From NCBI GenBank assembly GCA_025611195.1, contig GCA_025611195.1_4718.1: DNA of 64,000 nucleotides; one strand, 5' to 3'. Source of the stretch: a phage. Under the pieces are notes generated by a model that was not told where the DNA came from, ran no database searches, and saw only the letters and a program-made list of their open reading frames with translations. Position 1 is the first letter of the stretch. Every line of letters starts with the position of its first letter. A program made the position numbers and the translations under genes. This document shows positions 37,685 to 47,218 of this stretch, piece after piece.

Positions 37685-40591
37685 ATGAACGATATAAATA
37701 AAGGGCGCGTCGCCCTCGAACGTCAAATGAGCAATAATGACGTTGCGAAGGCACTCATGAACAAATTTGTCGCTCCTGCTCCGCAGTCACGTCTTTATAA
37801 TACACGTGATGCGGAAGGAGCGAGCGGTCGTTTCGGGTTAGTTGTTCCCGACCAAATGACGATGAACACGGTTACGCGTGCGACCGCGACAAACATCGAG
37901 GATAATAAAAACATTCTCGAGCTGTTCCCTGAACTTAAACGCGTGATGCAGATCTACGTTGCCGCGTTGACGAACCCTAACGATCTTAAGACGGTCGAGA
38001 TGTTTATCGATAGCGAAGATTTCCCCGGTAGGGTCGCAGAAATCGTTCAGCCGATGATCGATACCATCGACACGCATTTTAAGAATATCTATAAAATAAA
38101 GACGCTTATCCCTCGTATCATCGAAGACGTCTTCTTTATCAAGGGCAGTTATAACTTCGTTGTTCTGCCAGAAAGCACGCTCGACCGCGCTATTAACGGT
38201 AACGGTCAACTGAAACTTGAAGAATACGGATTTAGAGACAACCACTTTGCAAGTTGGGGGCTTTTAGGTAACGATAGTCGCAAACGTCACGAAAATCAAT
38301 TACCTTCGACGGTTTCGATGGAAGATTATTTCTCAGGCGTTAATGAAACCATACCGTACGATCCCGTTGTCCGTATAGACAGCATTAAGTTTACCAATAC
38401 CCTGCTTCGTGATAAGGACGGTAAATTCATTGAAGCGAAGATCGATATTCCGGATATGGTTACGGTTGTCGATAACCCGGATATCCTCCGTATGCCTATT
38501 TTGCATCAGCGTCGAGCAGCGACAGCGGTGCAGCGTGCGTTACGCGCGAACACATTAGGAGGTAGTGGTTTGGTAACGCTGTCGGGTGATCCAACCCAAA
38601 CCGCTAACCGACGCGAGCTAACGCAAGAGCAGGTTAACGAGATTTGGAATAAACTCAACATCCAACGCCACACTAAGGTATCTCCCGTTTACGCGTTGGC
38701 AACCCCAGATACACTCGATCGTCAAAGTGTTGGTCACCCCGGCGTGATGCATGTACCGCCTGAGGCATTAGAACCAGTACATGCGCCAGGTGATCCGGAG
38801 AACCATATCGGGTATTTAGTTCAGTTGGATGAGTTTGGTTATCCGGTGCGTTTGGTTGAAGATGCGGCGTATTACAAACAGTTGGAAGGTCGGTTGTCGA
38901 AGATCACCGCGGATATCGCAGGTACTTCAAGCAACGGCATGGCGAGCGAGATGATCGGCGCGGCCAAGAACATGGTCCAAGGTACGTCATGTAATCAAGT
39001 AGACATGTCGGCCTTCGTATCGTCGTACGAATCATTGATGCAGCGCTACATTGTTGAACGTATCGTCAACGGTTATCTTGGTAGTGCGGTGGAGATCGGT
39101 GCGACATCATCGTTTTACCTATCGATGCTTGCTCGCAGTCTCGCCCACAAGCAGACTCGTGTTTTGTTTATTCCTCGTGAGATGGTGACATACATCGCTT
39201 ATGAATACAACAAATACGGTATCGGTCGTTCACTGCTTGAAAGTACGAAGATGATCTCGTCGCAACGAGCCATGCTCATGGTTCAAGAACTGATGGCGAA
39301 AATCAAAAGTTCGTTGAACTATACGACGCTAAGCGTAATGCTTGAAGACACCGACAGAAACCCGGTCGATACCGTCGAACAGGCATTACATAGTTTCGCT
39401 CGCGTCTACCAGTCTGGTTTCCCGTTGGGTGAAACTAACCCAATGGATATCATCAACGCGTACGAACGAAGCTCGATTCGATTGAAGGTTGAGGGGAATA
39501 ACCCACGCTTCCCGAAATTGAATACAGATGTCAGCGTTGAGCAGCGTAACTATCAGTCTCCTGATAACGAATTGATGGATCGTTACCGCCGTGACCATTT
39601 CATGGGTTTGGGAGTTTCTCCAGAGATTATCGATACTTCCTACCAATCTGAATTCGCGGCTTCTGTGATTACCGCCAACGCGATGCAAGAGAAGCAGTTC
39701 ACGGTTTGTCGTGAGGTTATCACGAACGGCTTAACTGATCACATCAAGAAGTACACGGCTTACAGTCCTGTATTGTTGACGTCGCTACGAAACACGGTTC
39801 GTGCGAACATGTCTAAGCTCTCCCAAGCACAATTGAAACAGCTTTTTGGTAGCGATTTCGAAAACGGCGTTATTCGTAACGTTAATGCTTATCAGGAGAT
39901 CGACGACCAGTCAGCAACAATGGACCTGGATTATTCTAAACCGGAAGTTCAGGAAGTTATTGCCGATGCTTATGTATCCATGTTCTTAAACAGTCTGCAG
40001 GTGCGTTTACCGAACAGCAATGCTCGCCGCCTTGAAGATCAGGTACGTGAATATAATCAGTACAAGGAAGCGATTACAGCGCAACTTGATGATTATTTAA
40101 CCCCTGATTACGTCATGGGTCTGGGTGGGGTTGATGAAACAACACTGCAGATGATCCGCGCATGCATTATTGGTACCGCGATGCGTACGTGGGCAAAAGA
40201 GAACAACTTCAATCAGGAGCTGGCTGATCTCTTCAGTCTTGACGATAAGAAGAATGCCGTGCAAGATTGGAAACGTGCATCCATGGAGCATATTGAAATC
40301 ATGGGTAAATGCATGGGTGATTTTGCATTGTATATTCAGAATCTGACGAAGAAGATTGAAGAGAAGATGGGGGATCAAGCACAGGACGGCAGCGTTTCAT
40401 CTGATGGTTCTTGGTCGTCTGATTCAAGTAGTGATACCGGTTCTTCTGATGACTTTGGTGGTGATGATTTCGGGGATACCGATTTCGATACCGAAACGAT
40501 GGAGGAAACCTCAACAGAGGAGACAACCACGTCTGAGGATACGACTACCGACACAACGTCAGAAGACGAGACTTCAGGTGATATTGTCTAA
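37685..40591 (+). CDS. large hypothetical protein with acidic S/T/D/E-rich C-terminal tail
   Basis: 968-aa ORF, AAGGAG SD before ATG 37685; last ~70 aa are almost entirely S, T, D and E. Confidence 0.55.
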   Translation: MNDINKGRVALERQMSNNDVAKALMNKFVAPAPQSRLYNTRDAEGASGRFGLVVPDQMTMNTVTRATATNIEDNKNILELFPELKRVMQIYVAALTNPNDLKTVEMFIDSEDFPGRVAEIVQPMIDTIDTHFKNIYKIKTLIPRIIEDVFFIKGSYNFVVLPESTLDRAINGNGQLKLEEYGFRDNHFASWGLLGNDSRKRHENQLPSTVSMEDYFSGVNETIPYDPVVRIDSIKFTNTLLRDKDGKFIEAKIDIPDMVTVVDNPDILRMPILHQRRAATAVQRALRANTLGGSGLVTLSGDPTQTANRRELTQEQVNEIWNKLNIQRHTKVSPVYALATPDTLDRQSVGHPGVMHVPPEALEPVHAPGDPENHIGYLVQLDEFGYPVRLVEDAAYYKQLEGRLSKITADIAGTSSNGMASEMIGAAKNMVQGTSCNQVDMSAFVSSYESLMQRYIVERIVNGYLGSAVEIGATSSFYLSMLARSLAHKQTRVLFIPREMVTYIAYEYNKYGIGRSLLESTKMISSQRAMLMVQELMAKIKSSLNYTTLSVMLEDTDRNPVDTVEQALHSFARVYQSGFPLGETNPMDIINAYERSSIRLKVEGNNPRFPKLNTDVSVEQRNYQSPDNELMDRYRRDHFMGLGVSPEIIDTSYQSEFAASVITANAMQEKQFTVCREVITNGLTDHIKKYTAYSPVLLTSLRNTVRANMSKLSQAQLKQLFGSDFENGVIRNVNAYQEIDDQSATMDLDYSKPEVQEVIADAYVSMFLNSLQVRLPNSNARRLEDQVREYNQYKEAITAQLDDYLTPDYVMGLGGVDETTLQMIRACIIGTAMRTWAKENNFNQELADLFSLDDKKNAVQDWKRASMEHIEIMGKCMGDFALYIQNLTKKIEEKMGDQAQDGSVSSDGSWSSDSSSDTGSSDDFGGDDFGDTDFDTETMEETSTEETTTSEDTTTDTTSEDETSGDIV

Positions 40592-40622
40592 ACGGATGTA
40601 AAAAAAAATAACACATAGTTAA

Positions 40623-40657
40623 CCTTCTCCCCAACCCGATGAGGGAAGGGGAGAAGG
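40623..40657. terminator. conserved two-tier GC hairpin (family copy)
   Basis: CCTTCTCCCC/GGGGAGAAGG stem, loop AACCCGATGAGGGAA; A9 run at 40600..40608; between convergent genes. Confidence 0.45.
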
Positions 40658-40673
40658 GCTATGCGCTATTTAA

Positions 40674-40952
40674 TTATTTTCGAGAGGTTAACCACGATTC
40701 AATTGCGGTGAGGTTGCATTTCAGTTCACGCCAACTAGGGTGTGGTGGGATCACAGCACCTTTGTCGATTACGGTTAGCTGAACCTGGTACTTCTGTTGC
40801 ATACGCGCTACCGTATCGCTTACCGAGAGGAAAAGCTGGTAACGTTCGTACGCTGTCAGTTCGCGGTCCTGATAAACCGCGTAGGTGGCTAACGTAACTT
40901 CGCGTAAGTCCTTTGCGTCTACAGAGACGGTGATGAGTTTATATTGACTCAT
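40674..40952 (-). CDS. small hypothetical protein
   Basis: 92-aa ORF between hairpin element and the Q/P/Y-rich gene. Confidence 0.45.
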   Translation of the reverse strand: MSQYKLITVSVDAKDLREVTLATYAVYQDRELTAYERYQLFLSVSDTVARMQQKYQVQLTVIDKGAVIPPHPSWRELKCNLTAIESWLTSRK

Positions 40953-41014
40953 ACGGTTTCCTTATCGACTAGGGTATTGCAAACTACAATACCCGTCATC
41001 GGATGATAACTTAA

Positions 41015-43573
41015 TTACTGCTCTTCACGTTCCAACAGATACTCGGAAGCGGTAATACCGTTTACCGTACGTACTGCTTTCAGACGAGTATCATCACTCA
41101 GAATCACGGTAACAGACTGCAGACCTTTTACTTTGGTCTCGAAGGTCTTGAATACCTGATCCAGCATACGAGCAATGCTTGGGTTGGTTGCAGCCGATGC
41201 GTGAGTGTAACCATTCTGGTTCAGCTTCAGAATCTTGGCGTTGGTTGGTACACGAAGAACAACATGCGGACGCATTGCGAACACACTGTGGTTAAACCAG
41301 TAAGCATCGTTACTATCTTCGTCGGTGACGATGTCTGGATTAACACGCATGTCTTCGGTAGCCGCGTCTGCCAAACGACGTTCGATTTCGTCAGCATCCA
41401 GAGAGCCGTCCTTCTCCAGTTCTGCACGATACTCACTCATGGCAACCAGATGACGTTCACGATTCGCTGCAGATTTTTCGTGAGCGGCTTTCAGGTAGTC
41501 ATGCATGTTGTACAGTTCTGCTATGGAAAGACGAATGTTCCACTGACCTTCGCCGTCACGATTGCAGTAGAGACACTTCAGCATGTTGACCCAGGTGTAG
41601 TAGCAATTGGAGAACTCATCTTCAATGAACTTTTGATCCATTTTAAGATCGTGAATCAGCCAACCGGACAGTTCTCCGATATCATCAACGAAGCTAGAGA
41701 TGGTGGTTTCAGAGAAGTTCTTCGGTACGATACGTTTGATCAGCTTGTTAACGTCTTTGGTCATGCTATCGTTCAGGAAATGCCAAATACGCAGAGGGAT
41801 GACGTCACGATACTGTTGCATGATCTGACGATAAGCTTTGATATCGTCGCTACGACCTTTATCAATAGACAACGCGTCCAGGAATTCATGGATAGCATCC
41901 AGCTCTTTGTCGGTATAGGTTCCCAGATAGGAATTGACCGTGGCAAGGAATGCTAATGCGTCGTTTTGGTTGACGTCAGTGTTGGTCTGCTGAATGATCG
42001 CTACTGCAGCTTTGGTTTCAGCATCCTCAACGCTTGACGCTGCGATCGCGTCGGTAACAGTAAACAGTTTCATTTCGCGCTGTTCGCCGACAACGATCGG
42101 TTCACGTTGAATCGGTTTGTTAAGACTAACGCGAACAACTTCTGCTTGCGCGATACGATCCAGTTTTACCATTTCCTGCTCTGCCATACGACGAGCGGTT
42201 GGATCTGATTCAAGTTCGATGTATTCCACTTCTTCCTCCGTGAGGGATGTAATGTCAACAATGGTTTCATGAAGAATTCCGTTTTCGTCGATACGTGCTC
42301 GACGAGCGAAGTGTCTGAAGTCATACAACGTTGGCCAGCGACAATTCGGCGCGTAGTCTTTGGCCTTCAAACGCATCTGCATAAATTCTTCATGTTGAAC
42401 AACACGACCGTAACGCTTAGCATCTTCGGTCGCATCAATTGGATTAACGGTCTTTGTTACCGTAGCGGAACGAGCCGTACGAATGGGTTCCGGTTTAGTC
42501 TGCACAGGTTCAGGTTGAACGGATTTCTGTTGTCCGGCCTTAACATGCCATTCGGGTTCTTCGTACCGTTCAGCAAATTGCTCGGCTGCTGCAAAGATAT
42601 CATTGATGCCACCAATATCTCCTTCTGGGTTCGTCGAATATACCCGTGGTTGCGGTGCCTCATAACGCGGCGCTGCGGTAGCAGGTGCGTCATTAACGAT
42701 AGGATCGTCATCACCAACATCGTACAAACGGTTGAACGCACAATCCTTCGAATCGATATACGATGGAGCTTGTGGTTGGATAACCGTCGGTCGAGGCTGT
42801 GCGCCGTATCCCGGCATTGTTGGAGCCATACCACGCATAACTGCCGGGTTAGGTTGGTATTGTGGTTGTGGGTAGGTTCCACCATACGTGGGATATGCGG
42901 GCTGTTGCGGTTGACCGTACCCACCGCCAACCATCGCATTTGCTTGCGGCCCACGGTAAGTCATCCCCAGTTGCATTACCTGCTGCTTCAGACCACGGGA
43001 CTTCTGCGCTATTTGCGCTAGACTCCCACTTTTATTTAGCTGCGTGTACTTATTCGCGGCTTCCGGGTTAATGCGCGATAATTCAATCGCACGATAATAT
43101 TCCGGGTATTGATTGGCTTCAAAGAGCCAGGTTACGAGGTGATACAGCGCAACTGTGCTCACAGCAGCAGAGACGATCTGGTCGTTGGACGCATTCTGCG
43201 GCATCGGGTTGATGTAAGAGAATACGTTCCAACAACAGTCTTCAACAAGCGATTCCATCATCATATCGTTATTGGTGTAACGTGCGACGAACTCGGTTTG
43301 TATTTTATCCTGTTGGGCGAAGTCTTTCAGGACATTGAAGACGGCTTGACGGATTTTGACGATCGTCGCTTCTTGGGTGATGAAGTTATAGTTCTGCTGA
43401 TATGATGGTTGTTGGTACTGTGGTTGTTGATAGGTGTTATTCGGGTATGCGCCGTACGGTGGTTGCTGGTACTGTTGCTGGCGAACCTGCTCAGCCGCAT
43501 AATTAATCGTGCTCGCATAAGGGTTTTCGCTGTAGCCCATTTGCTGATACATGTTGTTACTGCCATTATACAT
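41015..43573 (-). CDS. large protein with Q/P/Y-rich low-complexity regions
   Basis: 852-aa ORF; N-terminus and a central segment are QQPxYG-type low complexity. Confidence 0.55.
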   Translation of the reverse strand: MYNGSNNMYQQMGYSENPYASTINYAAEQVRQQQYQQPPYGAYPNNTYQQPQYQQPSYQQNYNFITQEATIVKIRQAVFNVLKDFAQQDKIQTEFVARYTNNDMMMESLVEDCCWNVFSYINPMPQNASNDQIVSAAVSTVALYHLVTWLFEANQYPEYYRAIELSRINPEAANKYTQLNKSGSLAQIAQKSRGLKQQVMQLGMTYRGPQANAMVGGGYGQPQQPAYPTYGGTYPQPQYQPNPAVMRGMAPTMPGYGAQPRPTVIQPQAPSYIDSKDCAFNRLYDVGDDDPIVNDAPATAAPRYEAPQPRVYSTNPEGDIGGINDIFAAAEQFAERYEEPEWHVKAGQQKSVQPEPVQTKPEPIRTARSATVTKTVNPIDATEDAKRYGRVVQHEEFMQMRLKAKDYAPNCRWPTLYDFRHFARRARIDENGILHETIVDITSLTEEEVEYIELESDPTARRMAEQEMVKLDRIAQAEVVRVSLNKPIQREPIVVGEQREMKLFTVTDAIAASSVEDAETKAAVAIIQQTNTDVNQNDALAFLATVNSYLGTYTDKELDAIHEFLDALSIDKGRSDDIKAYRQIMQQYRDVIPLRIWHFLNDSMTKDVNKLIKRIVPKNFSETTISSFVDDIGELSGWLIHDLKMDQKFIEDEFSNCYYTWVNMLKCLYCNRDGEGQWNIRLSIAELYNMHDYLKAAHEKSAANRERHLVAMSEYRAELEKDGSLDADEIERRLADAATEDMRVNPDIVTDEDSNDAYWFNHSVFAMRPHVVLRVPTNAKILKLNQNGYTHASAATNPSIARMLDQVFKTFETKVKGLQSVTVILSDDTRLKAVRTVNGITASEYLLEREEQ

Positions 43574-43608
43574 TTCTTACGATCCTTTTTATTTTATTCG
43601 GTTATGTG

Positions 43609-45405
43609 TCAATCGATTATGTCACGATCGTTAATTTCTACAATTTCTTCATCGAATCGACCGACGTCTTTCTTCAAGCCTGCATTTGTTGCTGCAACGT
43701 CATTTGCGATTTGTGGGGTAATGATTAACCGACCGCGTTCATCGATAGGTGCGTACATACTGAACTTCTGACGTCCGGTTGGTTCGGAGTGTGGAAGATT
43801 CAGATAGCTTGCGCAGAACGGGATGGAACCACTCACCAAACGACTCTCGTCAGCCAACGCAGCACCGCCTGCATTTTGGCTCTGGAGAACAACATGCGTG
43901 CTCACTTTGAACAGCATGCAATCGCCCGGTGACTGAATCGATGTTGCCACTTTCTCACGCTTATCACGATTGCTCTGGATATTGAGAATCGCTTCCGTTG
44001 CAACTTGATTGCGCAACGCCTTCTGTACATCGCGATTGGTCATCTCTTTACGGTTGTTCTGTCGTTTACCACGTTCCGTGGTTTTAAGATGGAACCCCAG
44101 TTTAAAGATGCTTTTACGCACATCCTCCATGACGTATTCCAACACCATCAATTCCTTACCGAACATCGTCGTGGTATCAACACGACTCATTTCGATAGTA
44201 ACGTTGTCAATCAGATACGCCATAAATTCGTAGAAGTCGTCGCAAGGAATATTTTCCTGTTTGAACTTCTTCTGTTGAATTTCATCAACGTAAAGATCGA
44301 GACTGTCGATGTGGTGGTTTACATCACGCAACAAACGCGCATCCGCATTGTTGTTATTAAAGATAATCAAACCGAGTAATGTACGCCAATGGTCTGGCGC
44401 ATTAGCGAACTCTTCAACCGGATAGTCTTCCGGGAAACGATCGTAATAACGGTCGATGAGATATAAGAACGCGCCGACAAGGCCAAGAACAATACGTTCC
44501 GTACCTCCACGTCTTACAGCGATTTGAATATCGGGATGTTTATAACGTACAGCGTTAGCGCTACGGCTTTTACCGCTTTTGCTGATACTAAAGCCTTTAG
44601 GAATAACCCCCATGGTGCGATAGATTACCCATTGGTCGCGCGGAAAATCGCGTTCAGCAAGATTCCGTCCGGTGACGGCTTCGACGCCAGCAAAACGTCG
44701 GAAACATTCACCCACCCCATACTTCGCAAAGAGATAGTGACCCAGTGTGGTTACGCTGGTGTGGTTGATGTTGTCACCGTTCACTTTACTTTGTTTGGTA
44801 AGATGATAGATTTGCGACCAGGGTAACGACAGGTAATGACGATAATCGATACCCGTTGGTGTATCATTGCTCAGGAACTGATACGGTGTACGTTTAACCG
44901 TGATTTTGTCACGCGGAAGCATGATGAACGCCATGTCTTTCGTGTAACTGATTACAGGGTCAGCGAGCACTGCACTGAGAATGAAGTTCGCACCACGTAG
45001 ACGCATTTTACCACCCTGACCTACCGCGGGCAATAGGAGAGGATGTCGGATAATGCAGTAGTCCTTTCCTGGTTCGCGGCGGTCACCTGATTCCATCGCA
45101 CCATACCAGCGGAATTCTAGCATCACCATAAACACGTCGGAAGGTGCAAGGTCGAAGGTCAGCTTACCGCTATCCTTCCCTTTGGTTTTCTTTCCTCCGC
45201 TTAAGTAGTGGAACTGTTCGCGGGCCATACAACGACGCAGGCCATGATACACCAGATCCTTAGGTAAACTATCTTTGCTGTTCCGCCAAAGACGATCAAC
45301 ATAGGACTCAACATCTTGCATCTTATCGACGACGATGTTGCGTGCTATCTTCTCGTTCATCTTCGGTGCAAGCTCAGCGACAGCTTTGCAGAATCTAGGA
45401 TCCAT
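43609..45405 (-). CDS. hypothetical protein
   Basis: 598-aa ORF with no internal stops. Confidence 0.55.
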   Translation of the reverse strand: MDPRFCKAVAELAPKMNEKIARNIVVDKMQDVESYVDRLWRNSKDSLPKDLVYHGLRRCMAREQFHYLSGGKKTKGKDSGKLTFDLAPSDVFMVMLEFRWYGAMESGDRREPGKDYCIIRHPLLLPAVGQGGKMRLRGANFILSAVLADPVISYTKDMAFIMLPRDKITVKRTPYQFLSNDTPTGIDYRHYLSLPWSQIYHLTKQSKVNGDNINHTSVTTLGHYLFAKYGVGECFRRFAGVEAVTGRNLAERDFPRDQWVIYRTMGVIPKGFSISKSGKSRSANAVRYKHPDIQIAVRRGGTERIVLGLVGAFLYLIDRYYDRFPEDYPVEEFANAPDHWRTLLGLIIFNNNNADARLLRDVNHHIDSLDLYVDEIQQKKFKQENIPCDDFYEFMAYLIDNVTIEMSRVDTTTMFGKELMVLEYVMEDVRKSIFKLGFHLKTTERGKRQNNRKEMTNRDVQKALRNQVATEAILNIQSNRDKREKVATSIQSPGDCMLFKVSTHVVLQSQNAGGAALADESRLVSGSIPFCASYLNLPHSEPTGRQKFSMYAPIDERGRLIITPQIANDVAATNAGLKKDVGRFDEEIVEINDRDIID

Positions 45406-45444
45406 TACTCACTCCTTTCAGAAAGTTGCTTAAGCAGATTAAAG

Positions 45445-46881
45445 TTACTTTTTCGATGACGTCTTCTCAAGAATCTTGAAAAAGGTCATACCTATACCGA
45501 CAACGGCCGCAGTTATACTCGCAGCGGCTTTCCAAACATCGACGTTACGTTGACGTCGCGCTTCTTCCGCTTCACGTTGTCTTTTTGCCTCTTCATCACG
45601 TCGACGTATCTCAGCAGCAAACTCGTCGTGCTTACGTTTGGCTTCTTCGTCTCGACGACGAAGTTCAGCGACGAATTCTTCATGTTTGCGTTTGGCCTCG
45701 TCATCACGACGTTTTAAATCAGCTTGATAATCTTCGTGTATTTGTCTACGTAGATCATCTTGACGTTTCATTTCGGCTTGGTGTTGTTCCATCCTACGTT
45801 TTGATTCGTCTCTAAGCTGATCGAGTTCGGCTTTGTGTTGTTCATCGCGCAGCTTTGCGTCGGCGCGATGCGCTTCGTGCATCTGTGCGATAACCGCCTT
45901 GTGTTCATCCGCCATACGCCGCATTTCAGCCATCACCCCTTTAAGGGTTTCTTCTGATGACTTACGTTCATAGCTACGCTGGTCGAAATCATTTTTGTAG
46001 GCTTCTTTTTGGATGGGGTCGCGCCAATGCAATGCCGATTCACGTGTCGGAAAAACATTATACTTCCACATCTCTTTTTCCAAATCTTCGACCGGTACGA
46101 AGACGGAGTCGTTATTCCCGAAGGTAACCAACATACCTGGCGCGCCTGCTCCATTCGTTGGTTTTATTTCGAACGCTTTCCCCAGCACGTTAACCCATAG
46201 GCTATACGGATTATGAAAGTCGGGCGGCGTCCAATGGATAGTGAGTTGCGTTCCGAGAATCCGGAAACCCTCTGTCTTTCCTGTCAAGCTCCGCGCACAT
46301 GTTGCGATGTAGGGGTGATCAATCCCTTTCGTAACATGGTCTGCGCTTTTGTATTCTCCTTTAACTTTTACGATTGCCACGTTGATTTGCGCGACATAAA
46401 TAGGTTGATTAAAGTTCAACGTGTTGAGGTCAATTTGACATATCTCATCCAGCGTATCGTACCAGTCTTGCTGGTCTAATAGACGCGGTATTTTCTCTGT
46501 GTTAACGGTGCGATGGATATGCGGTTTCCTTATCGCATAACCGGTGCCGTTTTTAACGCGGAGTATATCCCGACGTCTACCCGCGTAGACGAAGTTTCTG
46601 AATGCACCATTCGCATTAGATATGTCATGGCTGTCAACTATTACAGGACTACGAAATTTTGAACGTCGTACGATCCTGAATGTATTGCCGTCCTCAACTC
46701 TACCAGGAATGTACTGGAACATATTGTCGGAGGTGATAACCAACACGGTATGGCCGGATTCATTAATACATGCCCACCCTAATTCCAGGTCATACAACGG
46801 TTCAGCATAACCGTCAATGCGATATGCGTGCGTACCATCCCACGGTTCGAACGCGGTATCACATATTGGCATGGAGGGCAT
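45445..46881 (-). CDS. coiled-coil protein with tandem RRRDEEAKRKHEEF repeats and C-terminal TM anchor
   Basis: ORF 45445..46887 (TTG) trimmed to ATG 46881 with GGAGG upstream; about three 18-aa charged repeats then hydrophobic AAASITAAVVGIGMTFF. Confidence 0.5.
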   Translation of the reverse strand: MPSMPICDTAFEPWDGTHAYRIDGYAEPLYDLELGWACINESGHTVLVITSDNMFQYIPGRVEDGNTFRIVRRSKFRSPVIVDSHDISNANGAFRNFVYAGRRRDILRVKNGTGYAIRKPHIHRTVNTEKIPRLLDQQDWYDTLDEICQIDLNTLNFNQPIYVAQINVAIVKVKGEYKSADHVTKGIDHPYIATCARSLTGKTEGFRILGTQLTIHWTPPDFHNPYSLWVNVLGKAFEIKPTNGAGAPGMLVTFGNNDSVFVPVEDLEKEMWKYNVFPTRESALHWRDPIQKEAYKNDFDQRSYERKSSEETLKGVMAEMRRMADEHKAVIAQMHEAHRADAKLRDEQHKAELDQLRDESKRRMEQHQAEMKRQDDLRRQIHEDYQADLKRRDDEAKRKHEEFVAELRRRDEEAKRKHDEFAAEIRRRDEEAKRQREAEEARRQRNVDVWKAAASITAAVVGIGMTFFKILEKTSSKK

Positions 46882-47031
46882 CGTCAACCTCCATCAGATT
46901 GAAAACTATCACGCATAATGCATTTCCCTTTTCTTGTTCTTATCAAGCCGACAGCCGACGGTTTCAGCATCGTCCCTAGCGCGAGAACGACCTTACGTGT
47001 TGTCTATGCCTTATTAATCGCAGGCGTCTGT

Positions 47032-47055
47032 CACCTAGGTAATGTAAGCGTCAAA
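47032..47055 (-). promoter_or_regulatory. variant of the conserved motif (candidate promoter)
   Basis: Plus-strand CACCTAGGTAATGTAAGCGTCAAA; about 150 nt upstream of ATG 46881. Confidence 0.35.
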
Positions 47056-47089
47056 TTTTTTCTATTTATAACGATAAACGGCATAGAAA

Positions 47090-47119
47090 CCTCCCCCAAC
47101 CCTTACGGGCTGAGGGAGG
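47090..47119 (-). terminator. GC hairpin (family copy, inverted orientation) in capsid-gene 3' region
   Basis: CCTCCC/GGGAGG stem enclosing CCC-TTAC-GGG; a second hairpin CCGGA..TCCGG lies at 47140..47155. Confidence 0.4.
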
Positions 47120-47218
47120 CTGACTTATGTATCACGGTGCCGGATGAATGTCCGGTGCAATGAAACCATCCGCAACGTTGTCGTCAAGAATATCATCCAA
47201 CGAAGCAGCTACGGTAGT

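Noticed and set aside
963-37726. N-terminal extensions implied by the ORF track (for example starts at 963, 1235, 5530, 6705, 7813, 9673, 12969, 37726)
   Set aside because: The track begins ORFs at the first ATG/GTG/TTG after a stop; in these cases the first codon is TTG or GTG without a ribosome-binding site, or overlaps a divergent gene, while a downstream ATG or GTG has a good Shine-Dalgarno sequence. The shorter coordinates were used and flagged as uncertain.
41201-43021. Plus-strand ORFs of about 250 aa (41201-41956, 42269-43021) and minus-strand alternative-frame ORF 42457-42954
   Set aside because: All lie within the 852-aa gene 41015-43573; translations are Arg/Cys-rich and unlike proteins, so they are shadow ORFs.
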